Source of the DNA: Rhodocyclaceae bacterium
GTDB taxonomy: Bacteria; Pseudomonadota; Gammaproteobacteria; Burkholderiales; Rhodocyclaceae
Direction of reading: 5' to 3'
Length of the DNA stretch: 64,000 nucleotides
Assembly (NCBI GenBank): GCA_023230455.1
Contig: JALNXH010000019.1
Location: forward strand, 58-64,057
This document shows, one piece after another, positions 34,873 through 44,289 of this stretch. Below the pieces are notes generated by a model. That model did not search any database. It saw only the letters and a list, made by a program, of their open reading frames with translations, and was not told the origin of the DNA. Position numbers and translations under genes: made by a program. The first letter of the stretch is position 1, and each line of letters begins with the position of its first letter.

Positions 34873-35133
34873 ATGCTCTCGATGAAGGAGTGTCTCGATT
34901 ATTGCGATCTGAACGAGGACGAAGTTTCGTTGATCGCCCACCATGAGCATCTGAGTTTCCCGATGGCGGCGCAGATGGCCTGCGGTCTGGTGCAAAGCGA
35001 AGAGGGCACCGGGTTGTTGCGCGGCATGTTGAGCGAGGCGATCTGCGAGGCCGCCAGCGAAGGCGGGGACGATGCGCTGCATCGGGCTGAACGCGCACTG
35101 GTGCACTTCAACAGCGCGCACCCGCCCTGCTGA
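34873..35133 (+). CDS. Hypothetical acidic 86-aa protein
   Basis: GGAGGG RBS 8 nt upstream of the ATG and a plausible composition. No family recognised. Overlapped by an antisense ORF that I consider a shadow. Confidence 0.45.
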   Translation: MLSMKECLDYCDLNEDEVSLIAHHEHLSFPMAAQMACGLVQSEEGTGLLRGMLSEAICEAASEGGDDALHRAERALVHFNSAHPPC

Positions 35134-35136
35134 GGC

Positions 35137-36459
35137 CTACGGGTTGCGCTTTTTCGCGGCAGCGTCCAGTTGCCGCAGGCGGGACAGCTTGTCCGCAATC
35201 TTCTGCTCCAGCCCGCGCGGCGTCGGCTGGTACCAGCCCGGCGCCGCGATGCCTTCCGGAAAGTAGTTTTCTCCGGCCGCGTAGGCTTCCGGTTCATCGT
35301 GCGCGTAGCGATATTCGCTGCCGAAGCCGAGTTCCTTCATCAACTTGGTCGGCGCATTACGCAAATGCTCCGGCACCGGCCGCGATCTGTCCTTTGCGAC
35401 GAAGGCGCGGGCGGCGTTGTAGGCCTTGTAGGCGGCGTTCGACTTGGGCGCCACGGCGAGATAGATGATCGCTTCGGCGAGCGCCAGTTCGCCTTCCGGC
35501 GAGCCTAGACGCTCATAGGTATCGACCGCATTCAGCGTCAATTGCAGGGCCCGCGGGTCGGCGAGGCCGATGTCCTCGGTGGCCATGCGGATCATCCGCC
35601 GCCCGAGGTAAAGCGGATCGGCGCCGCCGTCGAGCATGCGCAGCAGCCAGTAGAGCGACGCATCGGGGTCCGAGCCGCGTACCGACTTGTGTAATGCCGA
35701 GATCTGATCGTAGAAGGCGTCGCCGCCCTTGTCGAAGCGACGCAGATCGCTCGCCAAGGTCGATTCTAAGAAAACGGCGTCGACCCGCACTACACCGGCC
35801 GCTGCGGCCGCTGTCTTGAGCTGCTCCAGCACGTTGAGCAAGCGCCGGGCATCGCCGTCGGCATGCCCGATCAGTCGATCGCGGGCGTCGTCGGCGAACG
35901 CCAGCTCGGCGAACGCCCGCGCCTGGGCGCGGGCGAACAGTTGCCGCAGATCGTCCTCGCTGAGGCTTTTCAGCACATACACCGAAGCGCGTGAAAGCAG
36001 CGCCGAATTCACCTCGAACGACGGATTCTCGGTGGTCGCACCGATGAAAGTCACCGTACCGCGTTCGACATAGGGCAGAAAGGCATCCTGCTGCGCCTTG
36101 TTGAAGCGATGCACTTCGTCGACGAAAAGGATGGTCCGTCGACCGCTCTGTGCTTGCGTCAGTTCGGCCTGTAGCATCGCCTCGCGGATATCCTTGACAC
36201 CCGAGAACACAGCCGAGAGAGCAATGAACTGTGCCTCAAAGGCATCGGCCATCAGCCGCGCCAGCGTGGTCTTGCCGACGCCGGGCGGGCCCCAGAGGAT
36301 CATCGAATGCGGCGTACCCGAGTCGAAGGCCAAGCGCAGCGGCTTCCCCGGACCCAGCAGATGCGACTGGCCGATGACTTCGTCGAGGGCTTGCGGGCGC
36401 AACGTTTCAGCCAGCGGCGCATGGCCGGGCGCCGCTGCAAACAGATCGTGATCGGACAA
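35137..36459 (-). CDS. rarA: Replication-associated recombination protein A (AAA+ ATPase)
   Basis: 440 aa; LRPQALDEVIGQSHLLG..., Walker A GPPGVGKTT, Walker B LFVDEVHR, C-terminal MgsA domain ...YDQISALHKSVRGSDPDA.LYWL. Confidence 0.9.
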   Translation of the reverse strand: MSDHDLFAAAPGHAPLAETLRPQALDEVIGQSHLLGPGKPLRLAFDSGTPHSMILWGPPGVGKTTLARLMADAFEAQFIALSAVFSGVKDIREAMLQAELTQAQSGRRTILFVDEVHRFNKAQQDAFLPYVERGTVTFIGATTENPSFEVNSALLSRASVYVLKSLSEDDLRQLFARAQARAFAELAFADDARDRLIGHADGDARRLLNVLEQLKTAAAAAGVVRVDAVFLESTLASDLRRFDKGGDAFYDQISALHKSVRGSDPDASLYWLLRMLDGGADPLYLGRRMIRMATEDIGLADPRALQLTLNAVDTYERLGSPEGELALAEAIIYLAVAPKSNAAYKAYNAARAFVAKDRSRPVPEHLRNAPTKLMKELGFGSEYRYAHDEPEAYAAGENYFPEGIAAPGWYQPTPRGLEQKIADKLSRLRQLDAAAKKRNP

Positions 36460-36492
36460 AGGGACGAACTCCGGACGGCGGATCGTGACGGC

Positions 36493-37869
36493 TTAAAAGT
36501 CCGTCGCCAACCCTGGCCAGGCGGCTTGCAGCGCAGCCCGGAATTCGCCGCGAATGCGCTCCAGCGCAGCCGGGGTGTCGGCTTCGAAGCGCAGCACCAC
36601 CACCGGCGTGGTGTTCGAAGCGCGGGCGAGGCCAAAACCATCGGCATATTCAGCGCGCACTCCGTCGAGGGTGAACAGCTCCCGCGCCGTCGGGAAACGT
36701 CCGCTCTTTTGCAGGGTCTCGATCAGGCGGTGGGGTTCGCCTTCCTTCATCTTCAGGTTGAGTTCCGGCGTCGAAAGGGCATTCGGCAGATTCTTCAGCG
36801 GCCAGTTGGCGTCCTTCCAGCGTGAGACGATTTCCAGCAACCGGGCACCGGCATAGAGGCCATCGTCGAAGCCGTACCAGCGCTCCTTGAAGAACATATG
36901 GCCGCTCATCTCTCCGGCCAGCGGCGCGCCGGTCGCCTTGAGTTTGGTCTTGATCAGCGCATGGCCGGTGTTCCACATCAGCGGCACGCCGCCCTGGAAG
37001 CGCACCGATTCGGCCACCCAGCGCGAACATTTGACGTCGTAGATGATCTGCGCGCCGGGGTTGCGGCTCAGCACGTCGGCGGCGAACAGCATCAATTGGC
37101 GATCCGGATAGACGATCTCGCCGTCCTTGGTCACCACGCCGAGGCGATCGCCGTCGCCGTCGAAGGCAAGCCCCAGTTCGGCGTCGGTCTCGCGCAGGGC
37201 GCGGACCACGTCCTGCAGGTTCTCCGGTTTGGATGGGTCGGGATGGTGGTTGGGGAACGTGCCGTCCACCTCGCAGAACAACTCGATCACTTCGCAACCC
37301 ATGCGGCGGAACAGTTCCGGGGCAAAACCGCCGGCGACGCCGTTACCGCAGTCGACCACTATTTTCATTGGCCGCGACAGCTTGACGTCACCGACGATAC
37401 GTTGCAGATAGGCTTCCTTGACGTCGGCATGGCGGACTTTGCCTGCCCCCGAGACCAGATCGCCGCGTTCGATGCGGCGGCGCAGGCTTTGGATCAGCTC
37501 GCCGTAGAGCGTCTGGCCGCCGAGCACCATTTTCAACCCGTTGTAGTCGGGCGGATTGTGGCTGCCGGTGACCGAGACGCAGGAGCCTGTATCCAGCTGA
37601 TGGGCGGCGAAGTAGGTGACCGGGGTCGGCACGCAGCCGATATCGATCACGTCGATGCCGGCGCCGTTCAGCCCGCGGGCCAGCGCTGCGGCCAGCGCCG
37701 GACCTGAAAGGCGGCCGTCGCGGCCGACGCAGAGCGTATCGAGGCCGCGGGCACGGGCTTCGCTGCCGAGGGCGGCGCCGATGGCTTCGACGGTCGGTAC
37801 GGTCAGGGTAGTGTCGACAATGCCGCGGATGTCGTAGGCCTTGAAGATTTCGGCTGCGGGCAGATGCAT
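36493..37869 (-). CDS. algC: Phosphomannomutase/phosphoglucomutase
   Basis: 458 aa from the ATG at 37869 (GAGGAG upstream); FKAYDIRG..., active-site loop VTGSHNPPDYNG, metal loop AFDGDGDR, GEMSGH. Confidence 0.9.
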   Translation of the reverse strand: MHLPAAEIFKAYDIRGIVDTTLTVPTVEAIGAALGSEARARGLDTLCVGRDGRLSGPALAAALARGLNGAGIDVIDIGCVPTPVTYFAAHQLDTGSCVSVTGSHNPPDYNGLKMVLGGQTLYGELIQSLRRRIERGDLVSGAGKVRHADVKEAYLQRIVGDVKLSRPMKIVVDCGNGVAGGFAPELFRRMGCEVIELFCEVDGTFPNHHPDPSKPENLQDVVRALRETDAELGLAFDGDGDRLGVVTKDGEIVYPDRQLMLFAADVLSRNPGAQIIYDVKCSRWVAESVRFQGGVPLMWNTGHALIKTKLKATGAPLAGEMSGHMFFKERWYGFDDGLYAGARLLEIVSRWKDANWPLKNLPNALSTPELNLKMKEGEPHRLIETLQKSGRFPTARELFTLDGVRAEYADGFGLARASNTTPVVVLRFEADTPAALERIRGEFRAALQAAWPGLATDF

Positions 37870-37892
37870 CGGGAACTCCTCGAAAACAATGG

Positions 37893-38318
37893 TCAATGAA
37901 GGGTTTGCGGCGCTTGGCTGGACTCTGCCGGGGCGGCGGACCCATGGTGCATCACCATGCGCCAGCCGAGCGGACCGCGCACATAGATGTTGGTGGCCGT
38001 CACCGCGGCGGTCGCTTCCTCCGCCCCGCGCAGGGCAACTTCCTCGATCAGGCTGTGCACGGCAGCGAATGGGTTCACCACGGTACTCATGACCCGGGTG
38101 CGAATGCGCAGCCGCGCGCCACCCTCGAAAATGCGCCGCCAGGATTCGCGGATATGGAGATAGCCGGAGATACGGCCGCTGCCGGGATGGATGCAGACAA
38201 TTTCCTCGTCTTCCGCCCAAACGGCCATCAGCGCATCGAGATCGGCGCGCTCGATAGCTTCGTAGAAAGCGGCTTCGACATCCTGGGCCGAAGCGAAGAA
38301 GAGCTTGTTGGTCGGCAT
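37893..38318 (-). CDS. NTF2-fold / SnoaL-like (DUF4440-like) protein
   Basis: 141 aa from the ATG at 38318; ...AFYEAIERADLDALMAVWAEDEEIVCIHPGSGRISG...IRESWRRIF... is the typical pattern for this fold. Confidence 0.5.
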   Translation of the reverse strand: MPTNKLFFASAQDVEAAFYEAIERADLDALMAVWAEDEEIVCIHPGSGRISGYLHIRESWRRIFEGGARLRIRTRVMSTVVNPFAAVHSLIEEVALRGAEEATAAVTATNIYVRGPLGWRMVMHHGSAAPAESSQAPQTLH

Positions 38319-38323
38319 TCTGC

Positions 38324-39316
38324 TCAGATTTCCAGTGTGGCGCGAACCCGTGCCGGGGTGAGCTGTTCGAGACAGTTCAGATGGCCGAGGGGGCATTCGC
38401 GCATAAAACAGGGGCTGCACGCGAGATTCAGCGAAACGATTTTCGCATGCGCCGACAGCGGCGGCGTGTAGCCTGGGCTCGACGAGCCGTAAAGCGCCGC
38501 CAGCGGCCGGTCCAGCGCCGCCGCGACATGCATCAGCCCGGAATCGTTGCTGACCACGGCGCGCGCGCCGGCTATCAGGTCGATGGCGTTATCCAGACTG
38601 CTGCGGCCGCACAGGTTGAGCGCCGCGCCGCCCGACAACGCGGCGATTTCCGCACCGAGAGTGGCGTCCTTGGCCGAACCGACGATCCACACCGGCGCTC
38701 CCTCTACCGCCAGTTGCCGGGCGAGAGCGGCAAAGTGGCGGGCCGGCCAGCGCTTGGCCGGCCCGTATTCGGCGCCCGGGCAGAGCACGTAGGGTTGCGC
38801 ATCGGCCGCCAGGCCAAGCGCACTACGACAGGCCGCCTGCTGCGCGGCAGTGGAAATCAGCCGGGGCTGTGGCCAATGCGCCAGCGGAGCAGCGCAGCGG
38901 GGTTGCGACAACTGGGCATAGCGCGCGACCAGCTTCGGCAGCGCTGCCTTGTCGAGACGATGGCGGTTGTTGATCAGGCCGACGCGGGCTTCGCCGCTGT
39001 AGCCGGTACGCAGTGGAATCCCGGCGAAGAACGGCACCAACGCCGACTTCCAACTGTTGGGAAGCACCACTGCTTCGGCATAGCCTTCGGCGGACAGCAT
39101 GCGGCCGAGGCGACGGCGAGCGCAAAGGGCGAAATCGCCGTGACGGAAAGGACTGGAGACAACCCGCCGCACCTCCGGCATCCGCGTCAGCAACGGCGCG
39201 GTCCACTCGGGGGCCAGCACGTCGATCTGCGCACCGCGCTGCGCCAACAGCATCAGCAACGACTGGGCCATCAGAGTGTCGCCGATCCAGGAAGGGGCGA
39301 CGACGAGAATTTTCAT
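38324..39316 (-). CDS. waaF: ADP-heptose:LPS heptosyltransferase II
   Basis: 330 aa from the ATG at 39316; MKILVVAPSWIGDTLMAQSL..., ...CPGAEYGPAKRWP..., ...VSNDSGLMHVAAAL. Confidence 0.85.
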   Translation of the reverse strand: MKILVVAPSWIGDTLMAQSLLMLLAQRGAQIDVLAPEWTAPLLTRMPEVRRVVSSPFRHGDFALCARRRLGRMLSAEGYAEAVVLPNSWKSALVPFFAGIPLRTGYSGEARVGLINNRHRLDKAALPKLVARYAQLSQPRCAAPLAHWPQPRLISTAAQQAACRSALGLAADAQPYVLCPGAEYGPAKRWPARHFAALARQLAVEGAPVWIVGSAKDATLGAEIAALSGGAALNLCGRSSLDNAIDLIAGARAVVSNDSGLMHVAAALDRPLAALYGSSSPGYTPPLSAHAKIVSLNLACSPCFMRECPLGHLNCLEQLTPARVRATLEI

Positions 39317-39367
39317 CGGGCGTATACAGCAAACGGCACGCCTGCGGGGCACATGCCGTTTACCGGA

Positions 39368-39583
39368 TCAATGATGCCCCGTCGGACGCTCGCCGGTGAA
39401 GGTATAGACGGTGCTGCAGTAGGGGCAGACCGCCTTGCCTTCATGGTTTTTTAATACATCGAGGAATACACGCGGATGCCGCGCCCAGAGCGGCGCGCCG
39501 GGGCGCGGGCAGTGCAGCGGCAGATCGTGGGCGGTGACATTCACCTCGCGGGCGTCATCCTTGAATCGGGCGGATTGGCTCAT
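39368..39583 (-). CDS. Small zinc-finger (CHCC-type) domain protein
   Basis: 71 aa; ...LPLHCP...HPRVFLDV...AVCPYCSTVYTF. 10 nt downstream of ilvE on the same strand. Confidence 0.55.
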   Translation of the reverse strand: MSQSARFKDDAREVNVTAHDLPLHCPRPGAPLWARHPRVFLDVLKNHEGKAVCPYCSTVYTFTGERPTGHH

Positions 39584-39593
39584 TTCGATATCC

Positions 39594-40520
39594 TCAGGCG
39601 ACCGGCGTCAGCCAAGTTTGGTATTGCGGCAGTTTGCCGTTGACCACTTCGAAGAACAGGGTTTGCAGCTTTTCGGTAATCGGTCCGCGGCGACCGGCGC
39701 CGATGGTACGGCGGTCGAGTTCGCGGATCGGCGTCACTTCGGCGGCAGTGCCTGTGAAAAACGCCTCGTCGGCGGTATACACGTCGTCGCGGGTCAGGCG
39801 CTTGGAAATCACCTCGATGCCCAGATGATCCTTCGCCAACTGGATCACTGTAGCGCGGGTGATGCCGATCAACGCCGAAGCGATCTCCGGTTCGTAGATC
39901 TTGCCGTCCTTGACGAGGAACAGGTTTTCCCCGGCGCCTTCGGCGACGAACCCATCCACGTCCAGCAACAGCGCTTCGTCGTAACCGTCGTCCTGCGCTT
40001 CCATATTGGCCAGCATGGAGTTGGCGTAGGAGGCGGCGTACTTGGCCCGGCACATGGTCACGTTCACATGATGGCGGGTGAAACTGGATGTCTTGACGCG
40101 AATCCCTTTTTCCATGCCGTCGGCGCCCAGGTAGGCGCCCCAGGTCCAGGCCGCCACGGCCACATGCACCTTGGCACCCTTGGGCGAGATGCCCATTTTT
40201 TCGGAACCGTAGAAAGCGACAGGACGGATATAGCCGGACTCGAGCTTGTTCACGCGCACCACTTCGCGTTGGGCTTCCATAATCGTTTTTTTATCCCAGG
40301 GCATTTCCATGCGGAAAATGTGCGCCGAGTTGAACAAGCGATCGGTGTGCTCCTTGAGGCGAAAAATCGCCGTGCCGTTGACGGTGTTGTAGGCGCGCAC
40401 GCCTTCGAAAATCGATAGCCCGTAGTGCAGTGAATGGGTAAGCACGTGGGTGTTGGCCTCACGCCAGGGCACGAGTTTGCCGTCGTACCAGATGAAGCCG
40501 TCACGGTCGGCCATGGACAT
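39594..40520 (-). CDS. ilvE: Branched-chain amino acid aminotransferase
   Basis: 308 aa; ...IWYDGKLVPWREANTHVLTHSLHYGLSIFEGVRAY..., class IV aminotransferase signature ...EGAGENLF.V.DG...TP. Confidence 0.95.
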   Translation of the reverse strand: MSMADRDGFIWYDGKLVPWREANTHVLTHSLHYGLSIFEGVRAYNTVNGTAIFRLKEHTDRLFNSAHIFRMEMPWDKKTIMEAQREVVRVNKLESGYIRPVAFYGSEKMGISPKGAKVHVAVAAWTWGAYLGADGMEKGIRVKTSSFTRHHVNVTMCRAKYAASYANSMLANMEAQDDGYDEALLLDVDGFVAEGAGENLFLVKDGKIYEPEIASALIGITRATVIQLAKDHLGIEVISKRLTRDDVYTADEAFFTGTAAEVTPIRELDRRTIGAGRRGPITEKLQTLFFEVVNGKLPQYQTWLTPVA

Positions 40521-40705
40521 AGTGAATCTCCAGCAAGGAAGGGGCGAAAGCTGGCAATTTTAGCCGATTTGGCCCATCGGATTCCCCAAGGTGGCCGCCA
40601 CATCGCGATTACCCGCGCGAATATTGCGGAAACTCGTTCGCTCCGGCATTCTGCGGCCAGGGGAATTCCATTCAGCGTAACGGCGCAAGGAACAAAGGGG
40701 GTCTG

Positions 40706-41572
40706 ATGAGAAGCAAACTGGCGGTTTTTGTCCTGTCGGCACTGCTGTCGACAGGGGCGATCGCACAGATAACGGAAGGCGACGAGGCGCGCCAGCGTCT
40801 GGTGGAACAGAAGATCCGCCTGGTGGAAACGTTGCTCAATGCACCGGCGGCAAAAAAAGCGGCGGCCCGCGGCGGCGAAGCCCAAACATTGCTGGAAGGC
40901 GCGCTGAAGGCCCTCGCCGAGTCCCGCACGGCTCTGGCCGGCGGCAACACCGACGGCGCGGCACAAGCCGCGGATGCGGCATTCAAGTCGCTGTCCGCGG
41001 TGTCCCGCCGCCTGTCCGCGGAAAATGCGTTGTCCGAAAGTGCGCAACGCAAGAATTTCGACGGCCTGCGCGAGCAGGTCGCAACCTACCGTGCCTCCGT
41101 GGCCGAACTGGTGCCCGATCCAAAGCTGGGGCCGACGGCAAAAACACTGCTCGCGCAGATCGACTTGGCCGTCGAGGAAGCTGCACGTTTCGGCAACGCC
41201 GGGCAGCTTGGCGAAGCCAACAAGAAGCTGGCCGAGACCTACAAGCTCGCGGTGGTCGAGCTGTCGCGCATACGCGCCGGCCAGGAGGTGGTTATGTCGC
41301 TCAAATTCGACACGCCGGCGGACGAATACGCCTACGAATTGAAGCGTTTCAAGAGCAACGAAATCATGGCCGAGATGCTGATCACCGAAGGCAAGGCCGA
41401 CGGTGATCGGCGCATGCGGGTGGACGGCTTCGTCGGTGAAGGCCGCAAGCTGATGCAGGAGGCGGCGCAGCACGCCCAGGAAAGGCGCTACAAGGAGGCG
41501 GTGGGGCTGACCGAGCAAGCCACTGCGCAACTGGTCCGCGCGCTACAGGCGATGGGCGTTCCGGTATTCTGA
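40706..41572 (+). CDS. Secreted all-helical hypothetical protein
   Basis: 288 aa; Sec signal MRSKLAVFVLSALLSTGAIA, Ala/Glu/Lys-rich helical sequence. No family recognised. Confidence 0.5.
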   Translation: MRSKLAVFVLSALLSTGAIAQITEGDEARQRLVEQKIRLVETLLNAPAAKKAAARGGEAQTLLEGALKALAESRTALAGGNTDGAAQAADAAFKSLSAVSRRLSAENALSESAQRKNFDGLREQVATYRASVAELVPDPKLGPTAKTLLAQIDLAVEEAARFGNAGQLGEANKKLAETYKLAVVELSRIRAGQEVVMSLKFDTPADEYAYELKRFKSNEIMAEMLITEGKADGDRRMRVDGFVGEGRKLMQEAAQHAQERRYKEAVGLTEQATAQLVRALQAMGVPVF

Positions 41573-41583
41573 GGATAAAAACG

Positions 41584-42357
41584 ATGAATTCGATCCGATG
41601 GCTGCTGCTCTGTCTGTCGATGGCGGCAAACGCCGCCGCGCTGGCGGCGGAACCCGAGGCAAACGCGATGGCGGCGATCAACCGTGCCGGCGAACTGCGC
41701 ATGCTTTCGCAGCGCATCGTCAGAACCTATGTCCAGATCGGCATGAAGGTCCAGCCCAAGGTGGATCGGCTGCTGCTCGCCGACTCCGTGCGCCGTTTCG
41801 ATGCCAACCTGCGCTGGCTGGAGGGCTTTCCGGCAACGGAACCCCTGCAACTCGGCGACATCAAGGGTCGCTGGCGCAGATTCGGCGGCATCTTCCACGG
41901 CAAACCCGAACTGCCCCAGGCGATCGAGTTGAACGCCGCCGCCGAGACCATTCTCGAAGGCGCCGAACGACTGACACAACAGCTGCAAGGCAATGTCGCC
42001 TCCAGCGGCGGGCGGATGGTGAATCTGGCGGGACGCCAGCGCATGCTCTCCCAGCGCCTGGCCAAGGCCTACATGCTGCGCGTCTGGGGCGATCCTTCGC
42101 CGGCCGTGGCGAGGGACATGGCCAGTGCGACGCGGGAGTTCGTCGCCGCACTCGAAGAGCTGCGCCGGTACGGCGGCAACTCGGCGGACATCCGCAGCGA
42201 GATCGAGGAACTGTCCCTGCAATGGGAGTGGCTCGCGGCGGCGATCGCCACCGAAGGAACCGGCACCTATCCGTTGATCGTGGCCGAGGCCAGCGAAGCG
42301 ATCCTTGCCAGTGCCGACCGTCTCACCACCCTTTACGAACGTCTCGACACGCATTGA
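41584..42357 (+). CDS. Stand-alone periplasmic double PilJ/NIT-like (NarX P-box-like) sensor domain protein
   Basis: 257 aa; signal peptide. Two copies of the motif N.AG..RMLSQR (AINRAGELRMLSQRIVRTY and VNLAGRQRMLSQRLAKAY). No transmitter domain. Confidence 0.6.
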   Translation: MNSIRWLLLCLSMAANAAALAAEPEANAMAAINRAGELRMLSQRIVRTYVQIGMKVQPKVDRLLLADSVRRFDANLRWLEGFPATEPLQLGDIKGRWRRFGGIFHGKPELPQAIELNAAAETILEGAERLTQQLQGNVASSGGRMVNLAGRQRMLSQRLAKAYMLRVWGDPSPAVARDMASATREFVAALEELRRYGGNSADIRSEIEELSLQWEWLAAAIATEGTGTYPLIVAEASEAILASADRLTTLYERLDTH

Positions 42358-42360
42358 ACG

Positions 42361-43794
42361 ATGAAGGAGCCTGCCATGTTTTCCCGGCGTGAATTTCTCA
42401 AATCGGCGGGGGCTCTCGCTACCGGCGCAACACTACCGGCCTGGGCCGCCGCAGCCAGCCGCTCGACGGCCACGAAAAGCTACGCGCTGCGGCCTGCCGA
42501 AGTCGAGTTGGCGCTGGCCGGCGTTGCCGGGAAGACCAATTTCTGGGCCTTCAATGGCACGGTTCCGGGTCAGACAATGCGCATCCGGCGCGGTGAGCGG
42601 GTTCAGATCCAGGTAGACAACGGCCTGGGCGTCGATACCACAATCCATTGGCACGGGGTGCGCGTTCCCAACGCGATGGATGGCGTGCCTCAGGTCACAC
42701 AGGCACCGATCAAGCCTAACATCCACTTTGACTACGAGTGGGTGGCACGGGATTCCGGCACCTTCTGGTACCACCCGCACCAGAGCAGCTTCGAGCAGGT
42801 GCCGCGCGGACTCTACGGCGCGCTGATTGTCGAGGAGGACAAGCCGATCACAGTGGATCGCGACGAAGTCTGGATGCTTGCGGACATCAAGCTCGACGAA
42901 GAGGGGCGGCAGGTCGAAGACTTCGGCCGCATCTTGGATTTCGGCAACGAAGGCCGGCTTGGCAACCACGTTCTGGTCAATGGCCAGCCAGGCGGAAGGC
43001 TCACTGTGCGCAGTGGCGAACGCATTCGTCTGCGCCTGATCAACGCAGCCTCGGCGCGCGTGTTCAAACCGGCCATCGCCGGCCACTCGATGACGGTGAT
43101 CGCCTACGACGGCCAGGCGGTCGAACCGCATGCCGTAGAGGTACTGGATCTCGGCCCGGGGATGCGGGCGGATATTGTCATCGACTGCATGCATGCCGCG
43201 GGGACGACGTTCGCCATCGTCGACCGCCACCGGCGCAGTCTGGGCGAGATCGGGCGTATCGTTTATCAGGACGGCAAGGCGGTACGCAACAAACCTTTGA
43301 AGTCTTCCTTGCTGCTGCCCGGCAACCGACTGCCCGAGCCGAACATCGACATGGCGACCGACCACTACATTGTTTTCCAGGGCGGCATGCGCGGCGCACC
43401 GATCATCGGCACCATCGACGGCAAGCCGGGCAAGATCCAGGAACTGATGGAAAAGCATGGGTTGACCTGGACCATGAATTTCTCGGCGCAACACGAGCAC
43501 GCACTGATGCACGAGCCGTTGCTGCATTTCCGCAAGGGCGAACATGTGCGCCTGCACATGATCAACGAAACCGAATACACCCACCCGATGCATCTCCATG
43601 GCCATTTCTTCCGTGTGCTGGCGGTAGATGGCAAGGCGACCCGCTTCCGCGAATGGCGCGACACCGTGCTGATGCCGCCGCGCTCGTCGGTCGAAGTGGC
43701 GTTCGTAGCCGACAATCCGGGCGAATGGATGTATCACTGCCACATCCTCGATCACGCGGCCGGCGGCATGATGGGAACATTCCTGGTCGAATAA
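42361..43794 (+). CDS. Tat-exported three-domain multicopper oxidase
   Basis: 477 aa; twin-arginine signal SRREFLKSAGALA...AWA. Cu ligand motifs HWHGV, WYHPH, HPMHLHGH, HCHILDHAAGGMM. Confidence 0.85.
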   Translation: MKEPAMFSRREFLKSAGALATGATLPAWAAAASRSTATKSYALRPAEVELALAGVAGKTNFWAFNGTVPGQTMRIRRGERVQIQVDNGLGVDTTIHWHGVRVPNAMDGVPQVTQAPIKPNIHFDYEWVARDSGTFWYHPHQSSFEQVPRGLYGALIVEEDKPITVDRDEVWMLADIKLDEEGRQVEDFGRILDFGNEGRLGNHVLVNGQPGGRLTVRSGERIRLRLINAASARVFKPAIAGHSMTVIAYDGQAVEPHAVEVLDLGPGMRADIVIDCMHAAGTTFAIVDRHRRSLGEIGRIVYQDGKAVRNKPLKSSLLLPGNRLPEPNIDMATDHYIVFQGGMRGAPIIGTIDGKPGKIQELMEKHGLTWTMNFSAQHEHALMHEPLLHFRKGEHVRLHMINETEYTHPMHLHGHFFRVLAVDGKATRFREWRDTVLMPPRSSVEVAFVADNPGEWMYHCHILDHAAGGMMGTFLVE

Positions 43795-43833
43795 CCGGAT
43801 CGGCCGGATGCCCGGCAGCGGTAAAATGGTCCG

Positions 43834-44286
43834 ATGAGTACGATCTGGAAACCCAATGTCACCGTCGCCGCGCTGATCCAACGCGACGGCCGCTACCTGC
43901 TGGTGGAGGAGGAAACCGACACCGGCATTCGTTTCAACCAGCCTGCCGGCCATCTCGACGAAGGCGAGTCGTTGGTCGCCGCCTGCGCGCGCGAAGCCCT
44001 TGAGGAAACCGCGTGGCAATTCAATCCCACAGCGCTGGTCGGCGTTTACCAGTGGCGGCGGCCGCAGGGCGACATCACCTACCTGCGATTCGCCTTCTGT
44101 GGCGATTTGGGCGGCCACGACCCGCAGCGCCCGTTGGATACCGGCATCCTGCGCGCAGTATGGATGACACCGGCGGAAATCCAGGCCAGCCGGGAGCAGC
44201 ACCGCAGTCCGCTGATCTGGCAGTGCGTGCAAGACCATCTTGCCGGCCGCCGTTTCCCCCTGGACCTGATTCGCCACTACGACTGA
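43834..44286 (+). CDS. NUDIX hydrolase
   Basis: 150 aa; Nudix box GHLDEGESLVAACAREALEETA. Confidence 0.8.
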   Translation: MSTIWKPNVTVAALIQRDGRYLLVEEETDTGIRFNQPAGHLDEGESLVAACAREALEETAWQFNPTALVGVYQWRRPQGDITYLRFAFCGDLGGHDPQRPLDTGILRAVWMTPAEIQASREQHRSPLIWQCVQDHLAGRRFPLDLIRHYD

Positions 44287-44289
44287 ACT

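Noticed and set aside
37870-38220. 117-codon extension upstream of the phosphomannomutase ORF
   Set aside because: The family N-terminus (MHLPAAEIFKAYDIRG) begins at 37869 with a GAGGAG RBS. The extension overlaps the NTF2-like gene.
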